Source of the DNA: Bugula neritina | Lineage: Eukaryota; Animalia; Bryozoa | NCBI GenBank assembly: GCA_964035545.1 | Contig: OZ037765.1 | Coordinates: 32,425,504 to 32,489,503 of the forward strand | Length of the DNA stretch: 64,000 bases | Direction: 5' to 3' | Notes under the pieces: generated by a model | Seen by the model: the letters and a program-made list of their open reading frames with translations, nothing else | Database searches by the model: none | Told to the model about the DNA's origin: nothing | Shown: piece after piece, positions 13,941 through 28,605 of the stretch | Layout: each line of letters begins with the position of its first letter | Position numbering within the stretch: position 1 is the first letter of the stretch | Translations under genes and position numbers: made by a program

Positions 13941-14804
13941 CTGGTTTATAATATAATAAGTTTCAGACACCAGAGTTGTCTTCACTTAGCTGTTGCTCTA
14001 GCACTTGATTATTCTCAACTTGTACTAAGCGGAGTGCAAGTGTACTGGTGCTAAAAGTGGCCTCTAACCATCTTAAATTTAGTTGGTATACTCCCTTAGA
14101 ATTATGCTAAGTATCTGAATGATTCTAACATACTTTAATAGCATCTTTAATAGAGGAAACAATTATTGTTAATTATGAATAGGAATTACTAAAGATCAAA
14201 TTCATTATAACTAATAACCAATTGTTGTATGTATTCATTGTCATAGAGTACTTCTTTAAGTGCATACTCATTACTATGCGTATAGGTTATCTACTCCTGT
14301 GTAAAATGTAATAAATAAACTATAGTTTCTTTATGATAGTACAAGTGGCATGTTACTGCTTTATCAAAAACTTGCATATTAGTTGCTATATATTGCATAG
14401 ATAATCATATATTATACCCTATACATTATGCACTGTATATTATACACATTATATATAATATATGATGTATTGCACATTATATATTAAATGTTTGCTAGCA
14501 GTTATTACAACAACGAGTATTGTAAACAATCAATTGCTATAAACCATAATGAGAGAATATATAAAAACTTAAATGTTGTAACTTGGGTGGTAAAAAGAAG
14601 TTTTAAAAGAACTAATAGGTGAAGGTAAAAAATGAAGCTTCCTAATTTTTAATAACAAAATAAAAAAAACATTAAAAATCTATATTATGCACATGACATT
14701 TCCTTTATAACTACTGAACCAATTAGTTCAACGACAGATATAAAAACTTTCATTTAAGTTTTATTGGAAGGCATGTTTGCTGTTTGAATTTGTACAAAGC
14801 CTTA

Positions 14805-14867
14805 GGGAAATCCCATGAGCTTTTATTTATCTGAATTCTATTGTAAGTTCATATGACTATATAAATA
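14805..14867 (+). promoter_or_regulatory. Putative promoter of paralog 2: GGGAAATCCC (14805-14814) and TATAAATA (14860-14867)
   Basis: Same motifs and spacing as 737-799; candidate 5'UTR exon donor GTAAGT at 15018. Confidence 0.5.
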
Positions 14868-16089
14868 TTATCTCATATGTCTATAGTTATATATTATTCT
14901 TATTTGGAAAAGTGAATCAATGCGATATATACATCATTATATTTTAATCAATAACATTGTATTATATGGCATGTGTCATGTGTTATACATATCACAGTCT
15001 AGTGGGTTTATAACACGGTAAGTACAGGTCTAAATGTAGTAAAGTAAAGGTATTTCGTGATAATATTATGTATATAACTGATATATTTTCACGGTATGGT
15101 AAAAAAGTGAAATCTGTACACACCAAAACATTAGCTATTTAGCTTAAAGATTTTTGTAGGTTTTTTCTCAAAGCTTTTGAAGCTATTTCTCTAAAGGAAT
15201 TTCACAGCTTTTCTTTAAATATTTTTCAGAGCTTTTTCTTTTAAAGTTTGTATAGAATAAATGCTATAACACAACATGTGGAATAGTGAAAAAAGAGTAA
15301 AAATAATATATCTTGCAAGTATGTACATGAGAATTAACTGAAATAGCAGATTTACCCATCTAAGTTTACATTCTATACCTTACAAACTCTTATTAACTCT
15401 TTCACTTGTATGTTTTAATAAACATTGCATTTTAAAAAATATGAAATCATCAAGTTTAATATTATTCGAATAAACTTAAAACTAGAACCTAAAAAGATAT
15501 TAAATTCTGAGTGCATGGAGTTTTGTGTGATTATATGATTTTATATTCAAAATGACAACAATTGAAATGTAATGTGATTCAGGGCTCATGAAATATGCAT
15601 CCATATCATATATTTACTATAGTTATAGAATATTATACTAAAATTAATAAGAAAAAGATTTTATATCTTTTTACAATGTGTTCAGGTCCACTAACAACTT
15701 ATGCAGTCACACATTTATAAAGTTTTGAAGGTTAGAATTATATTTGAGTTATTATACTTACATAATGATATTAGCAACTCTGTTTTTGGAATGTAATATA
15801 ATCAATAGCTGATCATGTGACACCTACTCATCATTTTCAAGTTGCTACTTGTAACAGTTATTTATAGTTAATTTCCTCACTTGTCATATATATATATATA
15901 TATATCATATACTTCGCTTATATAGGCTTTAATGATGACATTAATTTGAAAATATTTTAATACATATTAGATTACTTAAAATCTAAATTTTCATTCTTTT
16001 TGTTGATATAACAAATTTGTTTTTGCTTTATATTTTGCAGCATATTCGCATCAAGTTATTATAGTATACATCAGGTATCTAATGACATC

Positions 16090-19000
16090 ATGAAGGTAGT
16101 AGCAGTCTGCTGCGTATTGATATTTAGACTGAGTGTTATCAATAGTTCTCTAGCTAGTTCAACTTTCTACAGAAGACAGTATGTAGACTCAGACTATAAC
16201 AAACCTGATGAAGCACAACTAATTCTCAGTAAACCTTCAAACAGAGTAGTAAGTATATCTGATGAAGCATTAAGCATTTTTCTTCTTTTTTAGAATACTT
16301 TAACTAAAATGCAGAAAGAAAAATAATTGAGCGAAATAAAAAGTGTGAAGCTTTATTCTTTCATTTTTTAAAATACAACCACATGAAAGATTATAAAAGC
16401 CACTGAAATAAAAGCCACCTTTTGCTTCATGATATAAGTTATTTTGCAGCAATTATGCTCATTGAGTAAAAACTAAAAAATATTCATTATTTGTTTCTGA
16501 AGGTAAAACTACAGAAACACTATTATGTTTACAGCTGAGATGTGCAACAGAGTGCTTAGAAAATATAAACTGTCGAGTAGCAAAGTTTGACAACTCTGAA
16601 TGTAGCCTGTATTCTATGACAAATATAGCCTACAAGCTACCAAATGTCACTCAACTAGATTCCATCTCCAACTCAGAACATGTTTTGCTGTGGAAATGTA
16701 AGTTATAATCTATCAGATTATGATTCACTTATTGCTTACGTTCTTAATATTCAAGAAAACATATGTATTATATGGTTTTCCTACACTACTCCTATTTACA
16801 TCTATTTGCTAGATCATTTCTAAAAAATATTTATTAAAACATGAAAGCAGGAGAAAAACTATTGGTCTCTAAATTAGCCATATAATATCTCCTTGAATAT
16901 ACAGAGGTCTATAATTCCTCTAACCTTAGGGTTCTATTATTTGTCTATTAGTCTAGAAGTAACCTCCCAAAAAGTGCTCAAAAAATTGGCTTATTACACT
17001 TTACTAGGTGGCCACTCAAAAAAAGTTGTTTCTAGATCAGAATTTTGTGCTGATTCTGAATCTACAAACTCTAGAATTCTATCTCTACCCAAACTCACGT
17101 TATTGCAAAAAACAAATCGACATCTTGAATGAGTGATAAAAAGAAATGTGGATTGTGCAAAATAGTATCCAATTTTAACAAGCTATCTTGGAGAAAAAAT
17201 ATTTTCTGAAATACCAAAAATAATTGCCTCTTACTTAGAATTTTATGCTGATACTGAATTTAAAGACTGCAAGACACTATCTCAAATTAAAACCAAGTTG
17301 TTTATATAAACGTATATGTTGGTTATGAATCGCCATATTGCATGCGGCATAAGCATGCAAAACAATTGTATGACCAACCAAGCTATTTATACAAAAATAA
17401 AAACAAAGTCATGCTGATGTGTGAAAAAACTATATTTATAAAATTATAGCTCAAAAGAAATCTTGAAATGAATAAATATTGAAATCTTTTGAGCACAGCC
17501 CAAGTGAATCATTTGCTAGTCTGTCAGTAGCCATTAGACATTTGCAAAAATCAACAAGATTCTGTAAAATTATTTAGAGAAACAGAAGCATGAGAGATGA
17601 TCAAAATCAAATTGGTTACAGTAAAATATAAAACAAATGTCTAAAAATAGTGCTTTATTATGAAAAAGTATTCTCGCCATCATTGTCACTGCCGTCAGTC
17701 TCATCAGCTTCTTCTTCCCCAATATAGCCCTTCTTTTCAGACAATCCTTACATTGACAAACATCAGTGCATGCACTGCATTTGAGACTTCTGACATCTAC
17801 ATCTTAATATGTTGCAGCCGGTCTTACAGGGGCAGTTTAAACTTTGCAATATACACGTTAGGGTGCGGAAGCTTGAATCATCCACTTTATATTTATGCTG
17901 CCATGATTCTTAACAATCCTTTCATAATGTTCTGGGGGTGGTGCATCAATATAGGCTGTTGTCACCTTTCTCCAAATGGCTGCCTAATAATCTGCTCTTT
18001 TTACGCGCAAATTTAATTCATCTTTTGTTGAAGGCAAACTGTAGAGTTATTTTAGACGGTGAACAAAATACAGTGTATCGGACATCATCTATATTTGAAT
18101 TTCCTGCTCCATAAAGTTTATAGACAAATTGTTTTACTGCAGCCACTATAATGGCTGACAGCTTGAAATACTTCCCGAGGTGTTCAAAGCTTCCCATACA
18201 TTTGGGATATTTTCTCAAAAAAGAATAGGCTGTGCGCTATCCTTTTTCATAAAAAACACTATAGTCGAATCACAACCTGTTAAAGCATGAAATCTAGTAA
18301 GCGCTGGACACAACTGCAATCCGGATTTATTTGCTGCAATGTTGGTATTCAAATACCTAATATGATTATGGTTTCCTCCCAGATAGACGCTATTTTTATT
18401 TTGTTCCCATATATATTAATATTACCTATATAACTGTTGTATTGATTGCTAACTAGCTAATATGCTAATAGCTATAGTAGCTAACATAATTTATCTAAAA
18501 TAATATTCTATTATTTTTACGAATTTGTGTGGGACAAAAAGTAGTGATACATTAATAATAGACACTATCTTTAAGTGATACTTCTTAACAAAATATCTTT
18601 TCAAACAACAGGCAAGATGTATAAAATATACAAAATTAATAAGTTAATGCGGATCAAAGGAATTTATTTATGTGCTAAATAACAAGCAATTGATCCAAGT
18701 TTTTTTAATTATACATATATTTCAATACTATTAAAATAAGTTGCACTTGAAAATACATTTTACAAAAATAAATAACTAGCGTCTAAGTAGGAAATTTAGC
18801 CTAGCCTCTATCTGGCATGACAGCATGATTACCACACCGGTGAAAAAATATAATTGGTAAGAAGGTAATGTTTTGCAAATAGCGAGACTTAGGATGAAAA
18901 CATCAGTGTCTTGAGATTTGATTATTACACGTGGGCTTATGATGTTCATAAGATATTTTGCATGGAACAAAGTTTGTGTATCTGCTTCCTCATGATCTAA

Positions 19001-20538
19001 TTGTAAGCATTTGAGTTCTGCTTTCTTGGGAATTCCACCATGTTCAAAAAATTCTAGCTGAATGCAATTTTTTTTGGTATGCAACAACTATAATAATAAT
19101 ATTGCTCTCTAAAATATTTTTACTCCATGTTTCACACAAATAAAATGCACCAGTCTCAAACTCAGCTTGTTTTATTTGCTGATAAGAAATTATTATTTTT
19201 GTGACAAATGGCGCACATGAAAAAGTACATGCCTATGATATTTGAATAAGGCAGCTCAAGATCATTTTTCTAATGGATGGCTTAAATATAACCATATATA
19301 TTTTAAATTATAGGGAAGCTTTAGGGTATTTCTTCTGTAACTATAAGTGAGCTAAATTGACTCTAGAGTCAAGATATCAAGATAGTATAAAAATATGCAT
19401 TTTAACCAATAGCATTGTTTTAAAAACCAAATTGCTTATTTATATATAGTTCAGCTTAAATTTATTGGCAAAGCTCAATTATACACATTTAAAATATTAT
19501 TTTCCGGAGTCCAGGCCAGCCTGCCCATGCTTTTTCATTACTTTTCTGTAAAAATAGTTATTATAATAAAAATCAAAGAAGAAATCAAAAATCAAATGAA
19601 GAAAATCATTATCAGACACAGATTTACTTATAATTCGGCTTTTTTATAGCTGATCAATAATAATGTTTGCCTTATAACTAGAAAACCCATTTCTTTGCTT
19701 GTTTTCGTCCATATAGTCCACATTTTTTCAGATGTTTTCACAAGAAAATCGCTAGAATTAAACTCAGAGAAGTGAAAAACACATCTATGATTATCTGCAA
19801 AGGTTTTTGCTTGTATATATAATAAACTAGCTTCAATAATTTCAAGATAATATTAAATGGATTTGGACAAAGTTGTGGGGAAACAACTCCTGTAAAATTT
19901 TAAAAAGCTTTTGTGACTAACTGGGGGGACAGAAAAATTTAGAGTTTTTATAACAGAAAAGTGAAAAGAGTATCTATAATTATCAGCAAAATTATTTTGC
20001 TTATATAAAATAAATTAGCTTGAATAATTCTAAGATACTTAGCCAATTCACAAAAACGTTAGGAGAAGACAACTCCTGATTCGTTTTAAAAGTTTGAAGC
20101 GCTTTTGTGGCTAACTGGGTGCACAGAACAGTCTAGAGTTTTCACAGATTAATTAGGACCCCTCAAACTCTCCATTTCTAAATAAATTGCGTGGCCACCC
20201 CTCTGAGTGTAATGAGTGAAAGATAATTGGAGGTTACTTCTAGACTATATGTCTTATTGAAGGATATCTGTTTTAATTTCATATTATAATATGTTTAAGT
20301 CAATATAGCTGCCCTCTCATATATATAGCTGTTTTTTAATCAACAGATCCGAGATGCTCGGAGTTGGAGGATGCCAGAGTTATACTGAATGTCTTCATAA
20401 CTGATGGAAGGAAGAATAGTCCTAGTAGTAAGACAGTAGGTAATATAAATGATGACATGAGCTGTTATCAGATGTGTTCTGTACAGTATGGAGTAAACTG
20501 TGAATATGTGAGGTGAGACATCAGCTTATTATAATATA

Positions 20539-20624
<86 letters not shown>

Positions 20625-23600
20625 AAAAATAAGCACAAGCCAAGGTTTTTAAACTACCTCAAAAGTTTACAGAGAGAAGTTATAAATTAAAATTTTCCAA
20701 ACTATGCAGGAGTTTTTGTACCAATTAATCTACTAAAAAGCATGTAGATGTACTAAAATAATACGGCAATCAACTTTTTCTAATAACGCTGACTGTTTTC
20801 TTATTGCTAAGTTAGAGCCTATTGATGAACATCATTAATCTGTAGGCAAAGAACCAGACACGCCACAGATTTATCTTGATCTGGCTTACAATAACAACTT
20901 AGTTTTAAAGTTCCTGTGCAAACTTCCTTTTTTTATACATCTAGTATTTCAAATGCGTCATACGCTATCAATATTTATTATTAGCAAATTCTAATTTTTC
21001 TCTTTCTAAATTCAATAGATTTCCTCGGGGGAATCACTCTGTATAACCTGCTAAAATGATCTCTATTTTGTTTAGAGCTTAATTTGCATGAATTATTTAA
21101 AAAGTTGGTAAATTCATGAAATTTAAGAGCGTATTTTATTAAATATAAAAAATTTCATTTATACTTATAAGTTTGTTAGCAACTTTTGCAATGAAGAAAT
21201 TTACTATGTAACTGTTGATGCATTGAATGTATACATTGTAAATAACTATTATATACTACCATTTTATTTTACTCAGTTATATCTTATATCAGTATATAAT
21301 GTAGTTATTATTTTATTATATTATATATATTATTTTATATTGTTATACGTTATTATCACCATTTTTTTGCTCTTTGGCTGTTTTCTAAAATAGGAGTTGA
21401 ATTCATAGGAAGAAAAAAAAACCATTACTTTCTTTATAATGTTGTTTGAACTTTTTAATAATATTACGCACTATTATACTATAGAACAGTAAATATCTTT
21501 GACATTCTAATCAAATATTACAAGCACTGAAGTCGGCATTTTTTCTACTTTCCAGTGTTGACATCTGAGATTGTTAAGAGATTTGTGTTGAAGAAGGTGC
21601 TCTATGCAGCATCGTGTATATACTTGTTGTGTTTTCTTAAACTTTATAACTTTGAATTATTGATTATTCTAGTTTGAAATGCATTTTGTTTGCCTACTGT
21701 CAAAGCATAAAGGCACTCTATTCCTGCTCAATTTTACTTAAATTAGAGCTGGTTTCCAAGGCTTACAACAGCCTGTGCCCATAAGTAATTAAAAGTTTAC
21801 CGGCAAGGCTTAAGACTGAGGGTATATAGTAAAGAAAGCGCATACACGCAAAAGCATGCACCAAAAAGTAAAAATCAATTATGTATGTACCATGAATGTA
21901 ATAAAACAGGTCACAGAAATTAGGCCATGACAGTGGCATACCTCGCGCCTGATCAATACTCACTCAAATAACAATAAACATTGCTAACAAACTATTTACA
22001 CATTCAATAGCTGATAGTCAAAACATACTAGATCTGAATCATACAACAAATTTGATTTACGTAGAGTTGTGCTGATTGGTATGCTGTGTGCTGGGGTAAG
22101 CAGTAGACAGTAACTGTAAAGTTATTTCTCTCATGATTTTATCTGTAGTGTAAAGAAAAGAGAATAAATAATTCAACAATTCTGTACTGTAATACTCTCA
22201 AGGGTCAGGCCATTTATTGGTCAATTATTGAAGAGTCTACAGATAGCATACTATAACTAAAATAGCTGCGCTTTGAAGGCAGTTCATAAACATTTAAATA
22301 AACAAAACATGATTATCTCCATGAGAAAGTTTTCTTTCATATAGGAAGCTTTAATTTGAGCGTGGATAATGTGATATGAAACTTTTCTGTATTTACAGTT
22401 ACAATCCAGAAACTAGGACATGTGTGATGAGCTCAGAGAGCTTCTATTCTAGTTGGACAGGAAGTAAAGAAGTTCCTGGTGCTGTTTCCTGTTACAGACA
22501 TCATCCAGGTATGAGAAAATCCTTACCAAGTGGATTTATGTATAGATTGTCTGTTAACCTTATTTATCAAATTTATCATAGCTAGAAAAGTTACAATGCT
22601 GGAATTTTATCATAACTTTCTAACCATAATATGCAATTTTAATATGAATGCAATTGATAGCATTTTTCTCAACTTGTTTATATAACCCAATTTAGCTGAT
22701 GCTGAATAAACACGAATTGATTTTCAACTCTCTTTATCCCTCTACTATATTATATTGTCTACCAGATGAATGGAAGATAGTCTACAGGAGACCAAAGTAT
22801 GTTTCTTCTGATTACACTAATGAGGTGACTGGGCCATGGTTTGACAACTCCTACTATCATGAGGAAATCTCTGAGGATGAAGTGATGGAGCCAGCAGGGG
22901 GTAGCATGACTATACTAAAGAGTGAGATGGTGGGGTTGTGGGAACATATGAACATATCCCAGGTCAGCTGATAAAAGGTTATAGCAAGCCAAAGAAATTA
23001 ATTAATGATGAAATATATTTGAATGTAAAGCAGTCTTTATTTTCTTCCTCCCACAGGTGAGAGTGAGTCTCTATAAATCAGGAGCAGAAGTGAAGTATCT
23101 ACTATTTAATGGAGTAAATACCAACATAGAGACTTGGTACACTTTCTCTCTCTTGACTGACTCATCTTGGAGTGACTTGAACCCAGCCTCGACTCCACCA
23201 TTTTATTTTGATTGGTGGTATGTGAATGGGTGAGTCAAAACCATCTTTTCTAGTGTCACAAAAATGCTACTAAACAGTCAACTCGATACTCCATAAAACT
23301 CAGGCAGGTTTATAGTCGCTAACTCTATAAGAAACCCGGATGGAAGGAGTTTTGTTAAAGTGGGCTAAAGATTTATATTTAAATGAGGCACAGAGGCAAT
23401 TGTGACTGAATGCTCTTCCTAACATCACCAATGGCCTTTGTCTGGGCTCGAACCCATGACTTCGTGTTTACTAGGCAAATCCTCTAACCCCTAGACCACA
23501 GCTGTAACTGGAAACTTCATAGTACTTATAATTAACTTACATATACTGCATGTTTTATATCTACTTTTCTTCTACGTCATCATATAATGTGGAGATAACT

Positions 23601-26023
23601 TCCCTACAGCCAAAATTGAATAGCATATCAAGAATACAACTTAATTTCATTTCAACTCAGTCACTATTCCACTGTTATAAGAAGTAACCCAAACAATATT
23701 ACCTTGTTACAGTATATTATATAATCAACATAGTGACACAAATCCTAAGCCTAAAAAAGAGAATCTATATTTACAAGTACAGCTGTACATAATCTTTGCA
23801 AAGAGTTTTTTCCACATATAACCGTTGGAAAGTATTTTCAGAGGTGGAACACTGACTGCTAGAGGGATGTACATAGCCAAGTTACACGCTGGCTGTGGCA
23901 GCGATCTTCTTTGGATGACTTTAATACAAAATCAGATTGATGAGGTCTGTCCCTACGAAACAAACATTCCATCATCTAATATCCCAAAATTATACTACGC
24001 CCCTGGAGACACTTATTCTACGGAACCTGGCTGTGAGTATATATATCCGCTCCTTTTTCACAGGAATTATAATTCAGCTTTCATCATTTAGAAGCAAGAG
24101 CAGCAAATATCAAATACGCTAACCACAACATCATTTACTGGTTTTTATATAAATTGAACGACTAAATTTAAATTTGCTGAACTTGTTTATAAGTATAGAA
24201 AAAAATTCTTATATATACTATATAAGAGATCAAAACTGCGTTATAAACATTATAACAGAATTATAAGCATAAATGGTTTACTATACAATAGCAATATAAA
24301 CTGCTTTCCATGACAATGAGCGTTTCAGGCAAAATATGATTCTGCTTATAACTATAAAGTACATCCTTCGAAGAATAAATCTCATAACAGGTCGGGGGAG
24401 CATACACCCTATAAGATATTCAAACGCATAGCTTTTTGATAAAATTTCAAGCCAATTTTTAATTTAATAAAATGCTATGTTTTCGTTTTCAGAGTGCAAA
24501 AGTTACCTTGATTAGATTCAAATTACTTCTAAATTTGCAAATCAACTTCAACTTGATGAGTTTTAAAGTTTTTTTGTCACATATTGTGGCAAATAACACA
24601 CATCTCTCTTTGTTGTTTAAAATAATATTTCTATATTACGGAAGCTTTACCATAAACATTTTTTCTTTTATAAAAGTGTTAAATAGTCTGCACAGCACTT
24701 TATTATAATATATTAGTGGGTGTGTCAAATATAATGGTGTCAGTTTGTAGATTGTGCAAACATATAAAACAACCTAACTGTATAGTGTAATTGTAACGTC
24801 TACCCCAGTTTATTGATAACAGGTTGCACTGATGGAGTTTTGCTGATGTTTATTCAACTAACTGGAAACCAACGTGAAACTGCAATAATACAATAATACG
24901 ATTTAACAATAAAGACATTTTTGAAAGAAAAATGAAACATACAAAAAATACATAATTGTTGCAAAACAATGTTTAACATACCTCTATTACCCTTCCTGGG
25001 GAGAGTTAGAATGAAGTATATAAAATTGTGATGGTGAAAGGTTAATCAAATAAAGAATGACTAGTTAGAACTGCAACAGTCAGTAGAGAAATGAAGGCAT
25101 AAAACACCTTAGCTATTATAACTTTGCTAAAAGCTATAAAAAGCTGACAGCTATTCTGTTAGCAAAATCATTGCATTGAAATAATGAAAACAAAGCTATT
25201 TGTGGTTTAAGAAAAAGCTGTGGCTATGTGAGTAACTAAGTGAATATAAGGGTGAATGGTATGCAATAGTGAGTACTATAATAAAAAAATGATCAAAACG
25301 CTACAGTAATACATGCATGTTTTATTAAATAAAAGTCTATTGTGCTGTTGTGCAGTATCTCAGTAATATTTCTATCACAACAATTGATACCATAATGTAG
25401 CGCTTTTATTTTAGTAAAATATTTTTATGTAATTTACTTTTATATGGTATTTGAGTAATACCCCACTCTGTTGGAGCAGGCGTCATTTTATCAGCTCGAA
25501 CTGCTTTAAAATCTGAGCGATAAGATTTTGCGTGGTGTCAATTTAATTAGAGAGATAATAGCTTGTTTGAAATAATGCAGCAAGGTTTGACAATCCAGAT
25601 TGTGATTTGACTCGACTTTTCTATTTATTGCGTAATCACTGATTATAGGCTCTTTTAGCTATAATATTTGAGAATCAATGAATTTCAATCTGATCAACTA
25701 TAATAAACATCTTTTTGTGTTGAAAAATACGTTATCAAATATAAAATATATATAAGAAACTATAATGTAACTCAAGCTGATATTATATATGCATAAGCCT
25801 GCCTCTGTATTTGCTATCAGTAAATTTTCTTTTTATGAGCAGTTTGTTTTCGGTGCTTTAAATATGTAACGTGAGTATGTATAATTATTAATTCCAATAA
25901 CTTACAACATAATGAAATACTTTAATTCTATTCTATTCCATTATATTCCAATAACTGACAATCACAATATACTTTGTAGTGCAAGAAGCTGATTATATGA
26001 CAATCTCAGTGTCCTTCCTCTGA
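16090..26023 (+). CDS. Secreted PAN/Apple x2 + unnamed C-terminal domain protein, paralog 2 (400 aa)
   Basis: Exons 16090-16248, 16535-16697, 20347-20512, 22399-22508, 22766-22962, 23057-23229, 23842-24032, 25980-26023; exon sizes and phases identical to paralog 1; frame open throughout. Confidence 0.85.
16949..20247 (-). mobile_element. Degenerate Academ-type (AcademX-like) DNA transposon in intron 2 of paralog 2
   Basis: 19-bp perfect TIR TAGTCTAGAAGTAACCTCC; TAT target-site duplication (16946-16948 and 20248-20250); paralog 1 has the empty site (tttc-TAT-gtctt, ~2935). Minus-strand frameshifted remnants: XPG/FEN-like motifs HEEADT..HA...DTDVF and FHALTGCD, and a C-terminal Cys-rich CXC region (CPCKTGCNILRCRC...CQCKDC). 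Confidence 0.85.
20543..20620. repeat. (TA)n microsatellite
   Basis: Direct reading. Confidence 0.95.
23300..23505 (-). mobile_element. tRNA-derived SINE copy
   Basis: Full head and body homologous to the other copies. Confidence 0.8.
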
Positions 26024-28605
26024 TACAGAAAGTATTACACATGAAAAAGAATGACTTTGCTTCAAGTTTTCAAAGAACTTTTTGATATAACTTGTTTTAT
26101 ATAGGTTTTGTTAGTGTGTGCTTAATGTACTTGTCAAAAAATTACACAAATTTATAAATTGGATGTACTGAATATCTAAAACATTTAATTGTTTTTATCT
26201 AAATAATGAATTTGACCAAAATAAATTTAAAATCATGAATAATGATTTTAGTCTAAATATACAGCTCATGGCATCATCTGCATGCATTGACAAAAGCAAT
26301 TAGTTACTTAAATGCTAGCAATGCAAGCGAGTATGTGTGAATCAGTCATTTGAGTTATAATGTACTAATGCAGTAATGTGTTATTCTGGAAATTTGCTTC
26401 AATTATTTTGATAAATGACTTTGCAAATCAAATACTGTTCCAAGAAGTATTATATATCTTCAAAGTACCAAACTCTTTACATCTTTCGTAATCAATAATC
26501 ATGAATGCAACTTTAATTAAACATTTACAATAAGAAAATCTGATTTGTTTATCAAATAAAAGCTTAGTAAAATCTTTCATTTCCGTAGCATAGATTTTGA
26601 AGTTGTATGCTATATGAATCTTTATAGGAACTGTGAAAAACTTTTATTGGAGTTGGTGTACAAAATTGACAGAAAATTCCTTTATTATTGCCCGACATAG
26701 CATTCATGGACATAGCTTGAATATTATAAATACATTGGGACTATTGGAGAAGTAAATTTTCATTTGCAGTAACATTTTATTATCTACAATAACACACCCA
26801 CACACACACACACGCACACACACACAACCATTCATAGGAATATGTTACATAACATGATTTGCATTTATAGACTAAACATATAATTTTACTAAAAGATTGC
26901 ACCTACTCTAATATAAACTTCAACAGGCCACTTTCAGTTAGCGAAAGTTGATAATAATTGATAAGTGCTTTAAAAGACTTTGTGTGACTTTAGTTGCTAT
27001 AATTATAGTATTAATAACAAATAATACCAGTATTACTCTAGTAACTGCGATGTACCATTCATTTACTGCTACAGCCTTAAAATAAAAATTTAGCATGCAA
27101 CAATGCTAATACCAGAAAGACTATATAGGGTTGATAGTGGGGCGAAAGACAACTCCCACTTTAAAAAAGCTGAACATAGTATATAACCAATGAGAACTGA
27201 CAGTCATGTAGGCTTGCAGATTATTACAAGTTTGGACCTGAAAGTCAACGGAACCATACGAACTAGCTCAAAATAATTCCCTTGCAAAAAACCCAAATAT
27301 AATATGTATTTATTCCACCTTGTTAGTTAGTTATAGTTATTGTTATTTTATGTTTGTATTTGTTGCTAACCATGAAGTAACATAATAGCGGATTAGCAGA
27401 AAACTACGGAACTCAAAAACAAATAAGCTGTTTAAAGCTACTGATAATTATTACTTTGAAATCCTGTATACTGAAGCTATATTCTACACTATAATTTAGT
27501 CAGTTAAGTCTTCCCAAGAAATGAGTAAGAATGACTCACTGACGAAACTTAAGATATATTATTACTATTACCTTATGTTACAGTCAGAAAAAGACTTATT
27601 TATTAATTTGTTTAATTTACACCAATATTCACATGTTTTATGCAATGACACGCCCACACAAAGGGAGTGTCAGATTTGAAATGACTACATTAACTATACA
27701 ATCTTTAAGCCGTGATGAATTTTTAATCAGTCAACAGCTAGAGATGGTTGCTTGAATTATTTGAAAAAAGAAAGCAGCTGTAATACAAGGCTCCATATTT
27801 GGTCTCAGAGCTACAATTATGTTTCTGACAAGCAGTACATGAGTGAATAGTGTTCTATCCAGTAATATTTATTCTTAAATAAAACAGAGAAATTTTGATT
27901 TATCATGCCGATGTTTAATTTAGCGAGATATCTGTATTGTAAAATTCATTGTTGAACATCAGCATAATAATCAATAAGTACCTTTTACAACATGCACAGG
28001 CGGGTTTCTAAAGTTCTAATAATAGCTCCATGGCAAACATTTTACTATTAATCAATTTTTTTATGGTTGAATCCTGTATTTTAAAAAATTGAGAAATTTT
28101 TTTATGCAAATCAGTTGGGATGTAAATATTATTGTATGCTGGTGTTTTAATGTTGTCAGGATGCTATTGTTATCATATAACTAAATAAATATTTGCTGTT
28201 AGAATAAATGCTGAGAGTTTCAAACACAGATTCAATAAAGCGATACTTTGATAAATTGTAGAACTGGATGACTTATCGGGAGGTCATCTTATACAAGCTT
28301 GTCCTATTAAATCTTTGGTAAGTTCTGTGTATAATGAATAGCTATAACATAAAACATACCTTATAAAATTTAATCTTTGCTGATAAATAAAACTTTAATC
28401 AAAGCAAAATATAGTTAAAAATACTATTTGTCGAAAGTTGGGAAAATTTTAGTTGCAATGGCTTATACAAGATGATTACATTGTTTTAACATACAAATGG
28501 CTATAAAAAATGATTAGTTTTTTAACTGTATAGATTACATATTATCTAAACTGATATTTACAGTAGTTGATTTAAAATTTGAGCTCATGTGATACTTTCA
28601 CCGAT

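Noticed and set aside
17660-18016. 118-aa plus-strand ORF
   Set aside because: Antisense to the decayed Academ coding remnant.
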